A stretch of 64,000 nucleotides of DNA from Steroidobacteraceae bacterium (GTDB taxonomy: Bacteria; Pseudomonadota; Gammaproteobacteria; Steroidobacterales; Steroidobacteraceae): contig DASQPK010000064.1 in NCBI GenBank assembly GCA_035643995.1, positions 3,616 through 67,615 of the forward strand, written 5' to 3'. Under the pieces are notes generated by a model that searched no databases, had not been told where the DNA came from, and was given only the letters and a program-made list of their open reading frames with translations. Below are positions 58,757 through 64,000 of the stretch, one piece after another. How positions within the stretch are numbered: the first letter of the stretch is position 1; each line of letters opens with the position of its first letter. Position numbers and translations under genes: made by a program.

Positions 58757-59074
58757 ATGAAGAAACACATTATTTTATGCAGCATGGTTGCGCTCGGCGT
58801 AGCGTGCGCGCCGTTGGCGATGGCCGATGAGAGCAGCGCCACGGAATCGCATCACGTTATCAAGGATTCGGCGATCACGACCAAGGTGAAGGCGAAGTTG
58901 GCAGCAAAGCATCTGTCGACGCTGACGCGAATCAAAGTCGATACCGATGAAAATGGCGTGGTTTGGTTGAGCGGCCGGGCACCGACTCAGGATGCCAGCG
59001 ATTTAGCCGCGATGATTGCCAAGAACACCGAAGGCGTCAATTCCGTTCACAACGACATCGCGGTCCAGCCGTAA
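58757..59074 (+). CDS. BON domain-containing periplasmic protein (OsmY-like, single BON)
   Basis: Signal peptide (ALGVACAPLAMA), then D..I...VKAKL.......IKVDT.NGVV.LSG......A...A......GV..V.N.I, the BON pattern. AGGAGG SD. Confidence 0.88.
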   Translation: MKKHIILCSMVALGVACAPLAMADESSATESHHVIKDSAITTKVKAKLAAKHLSTLTRIKVDTDENGVVWLSGRAPTQDASDLAAMIAKNTEGVNSVHNDIAVQP

Positions 59075-59105
59075 CGGACGACGCGAGATTGACCAATGTG
59101 GATAT

Positions 59106-59134
59106 GCGGGCGCTTCGGCAATCGAAGCGCCCGC
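59106..59134. terminator. Strong hairpin between the convergent BON gene and pqiC
   Basis: Perfect 12-bp stem GCGGGCGCTTCG / CGAAGCGCCCGC with a 5-nt loop. No U-tract on either strand. Confidence 0.45.
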
Positions 59135-59156
59135 TCGCGCGCACCCCGTATGGTCA

Positions 59157-59726
59157 TCATGGGGCGGGGACTTCCCGGACCAAGCGGTCTGCCAGGAGCG
59201 CGATGCAGTCGCTGAGTGCGGACGCGACGTCCGCATAATTGTGGGGCCGCTGCGAACTTGACAATGCGTCGCGGCCGATCGACACCTTGCCGGTTCGCGC
59301 ATCAGTCACGCGCCAGTGTGTCTCGATGCTGACTTGATCGCCGAGACGCGCTGCCACTTGATCGATCTCGAGCACGATTCTAGTCAGGGGGATGCCCGCC
59401 TGGTCTGCGCTCCTCGGCAGTACCACGACATCGGCGCGGCGACGTTCAATATCCCGGCTCAAGGTTGCCGTCACCAGGTCGGCGAGCGGCGCGGCCCAGC
59501 GTTCATGCTCCAACACCGTCACGCCGCTCTCCGTCGCCAGAACCATTTCTCCACGATCGACGAGTGAGGGCACGGTAACGCTCAAGACAATCTGCCGGTC
59601 GAACTGCGATCGCGATTCCCTCGCACCCGCAGGCCGGGCGTCCAGCACGTAGAAATGATCGCGTTGCCGAGCGGCACAGCCGCCGGCCAGGATCAGAACG
59701 CAGACGAGGAGCGGCAGCGATTTCAT
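59157..59726 (-). CDS. pqiC: PqiC-family (ABC-type transport auxiliary, DUF330) lipoprotein
   Basis: Lipobox LAGGC; 189 aa. 4-nt overlap with the pqiB stop. Position after an MCE protein as in pqiABC. Confidence 0.82.
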   Translation of the reverse strand: MKSLPLLVCVLILAGGCAARQRDHFYVLDARPAGARESRSQFDRQIVLSVTVPSLVDRGEMVLATESGVTVLEHERWAAPLADLVTATLSRDIERRRADVVVLPRSADQAGIPLTRIVLEIDQVAARLGDQVSIETHWRVTDARTGKVSIGRDALSSSQRPHNYADVASALSDCIALLADRLVREVPAP

Positions 59727-61342
59727 TGGGCACCTGCGGGTTTGCCGCGCAACAGGGATTCAGGATGGCGCTCGAGATAATCGACCAGAGCGCTGATCGA
59801 CTTTGCGGCTCGGGAAACCTGCAACAACGTCGAGCCGAGGTCGTTCTCGAGCGGAGCGTCTTGACCCAGCAGTTCCTTGGCGTTCTTGAGCGCTGCCTGA
59901 GCTTCGGCCAAAGTGGATTGGACTTGCGGCGCAAGGTTGCCATCAACATTTTGCAGGAGATGATCCGCACTCTTCAATGTCTGATCGAGCGAAGCCATGG
60001 CATTCATGAGGCGTGCGGAAAGCTGATCAAAAGGTACTTTACTGAGCTTCTTCGCGATGACTCCGACCGAATCCTGGATATCCTCGAGACCGCCCGAGAT
60101 GGTCGGAAATATCGCAGGCTGCTGCATCCAGCCAACCCGGTCCTTCGGGGCATCCCGGTACATATCGAGGGCCACAAACTTCTGGCCCGTCAACAAATTG
60201 CCGGTCTTCAGTTCGGCACGCAGACCGTGGGCAACCAGACTGTCGATCAAAATGCGGCTGCTCGCCTCGCCGGCGTGCTGCATGCGCCCGCGCAGCCTCT
60301 GCGGATACAGGTCCACCACGACCGGAAAGGCGAGCGAGCCCGCGCGCGGGTCGTACTCGACATCGACGCTTTTTACCTCGCCCACGGTGATTCCGTGCAA
60401 GTCCACGGGCGCCCCCGCCGATAGACCCCGCAACGTGCCGCCGAAGTACATGACGAATGCGCGAATTTCGGTTTCGGTGGGCCGCATCGCTCGGTCCTGA
60501 TCCTCGTAGAGCCTGAATGCGGTATCCACCGCGACCGGCGCCGGCGTTGCGCTCGGCTGCGTGCCAAATGCCACGCCGCCTTCCAGAATCGACGCGATGG
60601 ATTCGGTGCGCAGCTTCACGCCGTCTGCGTTAACCGACATGTCTATGCCGCTCGCTTGCCAAAACCGTGTGGCGCCGGTGACGTAGGCGTCGAACGGCGG
60701 GTTGATGAACACTTTGATGGTCACGCCCGTGCCGCCCGGGTCCAAGGCATAGCCGACCACCTGACCGGCCGTGATGTGCCGGTAGAAGACCGCGGAGCCT
60801 ATGTCCAAGGATCCCAAGTCGTCTGCATGCAGAATGAATTCTCGCCCCGGCAGATCCGCGGTCACGATGGGAGGAATTTCGACTCCGACGAAGTGGTCGC
60901 GGCTCACCGCTGAATGGCCCACATCCACGCTGATGTAAGCACCCGACACCAACGTGGCCAAGCCCGACACGCCGGCCCCGGACACCCGCGGCCGCACCAC
61001 CCAAAAACGGGTATCGTCGACCAGGTACGAGCTCGCATTGCGGTGAATGTCGGCGGTCACAACGACTTCTTTGCGATCATCGCTTACTCGAATGGCCGCG
61101 ACCTCGCCGATCTCCACATCTTTGTAGCGAATCTTGGTCTTGTTCGTCTCCAACCCTTCTGCGTTGGCGAAGCGAATTTCAATCGACGTGCCCTGCTGCA
61201 ACTTCTCGCGAATGACCACGAAGGCGCCGGCCAGGACCACGACTGCAGGAAGAATCCATACCAGCTGCAGGCGACCCCACAGAGTGCGCGCGGGCACCGC
61301 CGCGGGGAGGTCATCGAGACTCGAATGCGGCGCTTCGCTCAC
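59723..61342 (-). CDS. pqiB: Intermembrane transport protein PqiB (multi-MCE domain)
   Basis: 539 aa. N-terminal TM (LVWILPAVVVLAGAFVVI) followed by repeated MCE modules (e.g. IRYKDVEIGEV, VFYRHITAGQV, VDLHGITVGEV). GTGA overlap with the pqiA stop; upstream ORF extension rejected. Confidence 0.9.
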   Translation of the reverse strand: MSEAPHSSLDDLPAAVPARTLWGRLQLVWILPAVVVLAGAFVVIREKLQQGTSIEIRFANAEGLETNKTKIRYKDVEIGEVAAIRVSDDRKEVVVTADIHRNASSYLVDDTRFWVVRPRVSGAGVSGLATLVSGAYISVDVGHSAVSRDHFVGVEIPPIVTADLPGREFILHADDLGSLDIGSAVFYRHITAGQVVGYALDPGGTGVTIKVFINPPFDAYVTGATRFWQASGIDMSVNADGVKLRTESIASILEGGVAFGTQPSATPAPVAVDTAFRLYEDQDRAMRPTETEIRAFVMYFGGTLRGLSAGAPVDLHGITVGEVKSVDVEYDPRAGSLAFPVVVDLYPQRLRGRMQHAGEASSRILIDSLVAHGLRAELKTGNLLTGQKFVALDMYRDAPKDRVGWMQQPAIFPTISGGLEDIQDSVGVIAKKLSKVPFDQLSARLMNAMASLDQTLKSADHLLQNVDGNLAPQVQSTLAEAQAALKNAKELLGQDAPLENDLGSTLLQVSRAAKSISALVDYLERHPESLLRGKPAGAQ

Positions 61343-61953
61343 GGCGGCGCTTCCCACAGCAACCGCTCGTCGAACGTGCGTGCTGCGAACTGGGTCAAGA
61401 CGACGACGGCAGCAAAGGCCAGCGCACCCCAACCGACGGCGACGAATGCCAGGGATCTGATTTGAACCAGGGCGACCAGCAGGGAAATGGCATAGACATC
61501 GAGCATCGACCAGCGTCCTATGAATTCGACCATCCGAAACAGCTCGCTGCGTTGTGTTCGGTATCGTGGCGAGCGGCGCCAAGCGGAAAAGAGTACCACG
61601 CTGAGCGAAACGATCTTCAACAGCGGCACGACGATGCTGGCAATGAACACCAACACCGCAATGGGCCAGGATCCGGAATGCAGCAACACGAGCACGCCAC
61701 TCATGATCGTATCCCTCTCCTCATCGAATATCGTGTCTGTGTACATCACCGGAAGCAGGTTGGCCGGCACATACAGAATAGCCGCACACAGGAGCAGCGC
61801 GGCGGTCAGCGCCAGGCTGTGGCGCTTACGTTGGAAAAGATGTGCACGGCATCGCGGACATCTAGGATGAGGCACTTGCAGTGCGCGCACCGTTGCGTGA
61901 CATTGGAGGCAAACGAGCAGGCCTAGGCTGCGGCCGGTCGCGGGCAGGTTCAT
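61339..61953 (-). CDS. pqiA: Paraquat-inducible protein A family, second half-gene
   Basis: 204 aa. Cys-pair zinc-ribbon-like start (CLQC...CPRC) followed by 4 TM segments. ATGA overlap with the preceding pqiA half-gene. Confidence 0.85.
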   Translation of the reverse strand: MNLPATGRSLGLLVCLQCHATVRALQVPHPRCPRCRAHLFQRKRHSLALTAALLLCAAILYVPANLLPVMYTDTIFDEERDTIMSGVLVLLHSGSWPIAVLVFIASIVVPLLKIVSLSVVLFSAWRRSPRYRTQRSELFRMVEFIGRWSMLDVYAISLLVALVQIRSLAFVAVGWGALAFAAVVVLTQFAARTFDERLLWEAPP

Positions 61954-62552
61954 GCCTCGCTCCCCTCGACCCAGCGCCAAAACTGCCCCGGCGAGGTGCG
62001 GCTGGTCAGCGCGGCAAGCGTCAGCATGAGCAATGCGCAAGACCATAACGCCACACCGGGGAGCACCCGGGCGTAGGCAGCCACTCGGACCAGCGCCACC
62101 ACCGCCCCCAGCATGAATACCTCGATGAACGTCCATGGCCGAACCAGCGCGAGCAAGCGAAACACCGCGTTCTGGCCCGGCGCCTGCCGCTTGCGCCGCA
62201 ACGGGATCAAAAGGTACAACAAGCCCGCGATTTGCAGGAACGGACCCACCACGGTGGTGATGAACACCAGTGCGGCAAGGCCGGCATGGTCCTGACGATA
62301 AAAACCCAGGGCGGCGCCGATCAAGGTGGCACTCCTGGTCGAGCCATTTGTTTCGATCGCAACGAGGGGGTAGGCATTGCTGAGCAGAAATAGCACGAGC
62401 GCCGCAATACTCAAGGCTATCGCCGTGTCGATGCTGCCGTTTTCGGGGCGTTGCAGTGACGCTTGGCAACGAGCACATCGGGTGCGTTCAGACGCACGCT
62501 CCGGACCGGCACGGTGTGCCAAGTCACACGACGGACAAACGATCACCGGCAT
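61950..62552 (-). CDS. pqiA: Paraquat-inducible protein A family, first half-gene
   Basis: 200 aa. CPSC...CARC zinc-ribbon-like start followed by 4 TM segments. The ATG abuts the stop codon of the upstream kinase gene. Confidence 0.85.
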   Translation of the reverse strand: MPVIVCPSCDLAHRAGPERASERTRCARCQASLQRPENGSIDTAIALSIAALVLFLLSNAYPLVAIETNGSTRSATLIGAALGFYRQDHAGLAALVFITTVVGPFLQIAGLLYLLIPLRRKRQAPGQNAVFRLLALVRPWTFIEVFMLGAVVALVRVAAYARVLPGVALWSCALLMLTLAALTSRTSPGQFWRWVEGSEA

Positions 62553-64000
62553 TTAGTGCTCTCGAAGGGACTCCCGAGCATCTTGCCTTACGGCCGCCAA
62601 GGCGTCGCGTAATTCATCAATCCGGTACGGCTTGGGAATAATTTTGATTTCTTGGGCTGCCGCGTTGCGTCGGGCTCCCTCGGCGTAGCCGCTGGTGAGC
62701 AGCACCGGCAGATTCGGGCGCCGGCGCCGAATCTCCTGTGCCAATTCGACTCCGTCCATGCGGCCCGGCATCATGATATCGGAGAACACGATGTCGACCG
62801 AGCGGCGATCGGCAAGAGCTCCGAGAGCTGCCTCGGCGCTGGCGACCCGGGTCGTGTCATAGCCGAGCTGGTTGATCATTTCCACGGTCAATGCGGCGAC
62901 TTCGTCATCGTCTTCCACCACCAGCACTTGTCCTGAGCTGATCGCCTGATCGCTGGCCTGCGACATCAGGTGAGGACTGAAGGCCGGCGCTTTCAATGTA
63001 CGCGGCAGAAACAGGGATACCTTTGTTCCGCGTCCCGGCGTACTGGCGATACGCACGACGCCGCCGGACGCTGTGGCGAAGCCGTGGGCTTGAGCGAGCC
63101 CAAGTCCCGAACCGGATCCCACCTCCTTGGTCGTGAAAAAAGGCTCGAAGGCATGAATAAGAATATCGGGGGACATGCCGATGCCCGAATCGGCGATGTC
63201 CAGCCGCACAAAATCACCGCTGAGGTCGCGATCAGCGAGCGCGGAACAATTGCGGGCGGTCACTTCTATCCTTCCGCCGTTTGGCATGGCATCGCGCGAA
63301 TTCAATGCCAGATTCAAAATGACGAGTTCAAGTTCTCCCGGATCGACCTCGACAGCCCACAGCCCCTCGGCAAAGGCCGTTTGGATTTGTACATCGCTTC
63401 GAAGGCCGCGATTCAGCAACTCGCCCATCTCGCCGATCAAGCGCTCAAGGTCCACCGCCACGGGCTTGAGCGCCTGTCGGCGAGAGAATGCCAGTAGCTG
63501 CCTGCACAGGCGGCCGCCGCGGTCGACGGCCTGTTTCATCGAGGTGAAAATCCGCTCGCGGCGCTGAGGATCGGATTGACGGGCAACGACTTGCAAACCG
63601 CTCGACATCACTTGCAGCAAATTATTGAAATCGTGCGCGACTCCTCCGGTGAGCTGACCGAGTGCCTCGATCTTCTGCGCCAGGCGCAGCCGCTCTTCCA
63701 CGGCGCGGCGATGAGTCACGTCGGCGATGACACCGACTATGCGCATAGCGGCGCCATCGACGTAGAATGTACGCCCGCTGAGATGGACCCAGCGGATTTC
63801 ACCGCCGGCGCTGCGGCGCAGGCGCGCTTCCACATCGATTGATCCGTCAATCTTCGCCGCTGAGAATGCCTGGCGAACCAGCGATTGGTCCTCGTCCATG
63901 ATGTGTTCGAGGGTCATCTCCAGATCCCAGAACGGCTGTATTTCGGTGTAGCCGAACATCTGGTCGTGCCGCAATGTGCGATGGATCGCCCCGGTGGAGA
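62553..64000 (-). CDS. Hybrid PAS sensor histidine kinase/response regulator (N-terminus beyond window end)
   Basis: PAS/PAC segment (IRWVHLSGRTFYVDGAAMRIVGVIADVTHRR), H-box GGVAHDFNNLL, HATPase boxes (NSRDAMPNGG, DSGIGM, GSGLGLA) and a C-terminal REC (VVEDDDE...DIMMPGRMDG). The frame stays open to base 64000. Confidence 0.9.
   Translation of the reverse strand, partial: STGAIHRTLRHDQMFGYTEIQPFWDLEMTLEHIMDEDQSLVRQAFSAAKIDGSIDVEARLRRSAGGEIRWVHLSGRTFYVDGAAMRIVGVIADVTHRRAVEERLRLAQKIEALGQLTGGVAHDFNNLLQVMSSGLQVVARQSDPQRRERIFTSMKQAVDRGGRLCRQLLAFSRRQALKPVAVDLERLIGEMGELLNRGLRSDVQIQTAFAEGLWAVEVDPGELELVILNLALNSRDAMPNGGRIEVTARNCSALADRDLSGDFVRLDIADSGIGMSPDILIHAFEPFFTTKEVGSGSGLGLAQAHGFATASGGVVRIASTPGRGTKVSLFLPRTLKAPAFSPHLMSQASDQAISSGQVLVVEDDDEVAALTVEMINQLGYDTTRVASAEAALGALADRRSVDIVFSDIMMPGRMDGVELAQEIRRRRPNLPVLLTSGYAEGARRNAAAQEIKIIPKPYRIDELRDALAAVRQDARESLREH

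Noticed and set aside
1-64000. Scan for tRNA/rRNA genes, CRISPR arrays, IS elements, integrases and long repeats
   Set aside because: No T-loop-like GGTTCGAATCC motifs in spacers, no regularly spaced direct repeats, no transposase or integrase-like ORFs and no long inverted terminal repeats were seen by eye. Only short hairpins and the gspJ 36-nt repeat were found. A computational scan (tRNAscan-SE, Infernal, MinCED, ISEScan) would be needed to exclude small ncRNAs.

Overview
High-GC (about 60-65% by eye), densely coding proteobacterial chromosome segment. I found no rRNA, tRNA, CRISPR array, IS element or integrase. The gene order fabD-fabG-acpP-fabF-pabB-pabC-mltG-tmk-holB-pilZ suggests a gammaproteobacterium with Pseudomonas/Xanthomonas-like synteny; this is inference. 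Left to right: the 3' end of exbD with a TPR lipoprotein; a Prx5-type peroxiredoxin; iclR-etfB-etfA. Next is a 7-gene, tightly coupled plus-strand array: oppBCDF (no oppA), alaA, then an AddB-like nuclease and an AddA-like helicase-nuclease. A VOC protein follows, then a type II secretion half-operon gspGHIJKLMN on the minus strand. Only 46 bp separate gspG from a divergent rhombosortase-like rhomboid protease that sits directly upstream of the fab cluster. After pilZ come two small orphans, a dual cNMP-binding/rhodanese protein, and an EEP-family gene translationally coupled to a fadB-like gene. Then a standalone TIR-like protein, an orphan with an AT-rich palindrome-bearing upstream region, and two efflux loci back to back: an RND tripartite operon and a MarR-OMF-EmrA-EmrB operon. 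The remainder holds an FMN reductase, a hybrid histidine kinase, a bacterial type IB topoisomerase, maeB, a GT2 glycosyltransferase, a Tat-exported M24 peptidase and a small stress cluster (CsbD, hydrophilic orphan, BON). It ends with a hybrid HK packed against split pqiA, pqiB and pqiC. Most of the window is housekeeping. The most unusual items are the standalone TIR-like gene islet (about 36.0-37.2 kb), the T2SS pseudopilin operon with atypical GspI/GspJ next to the rhombosortase, the cNMP-rhodanese module, and the kinase-pqi fusion operon. No clear multi-gene novel system could be demonstrated from sequence alone.
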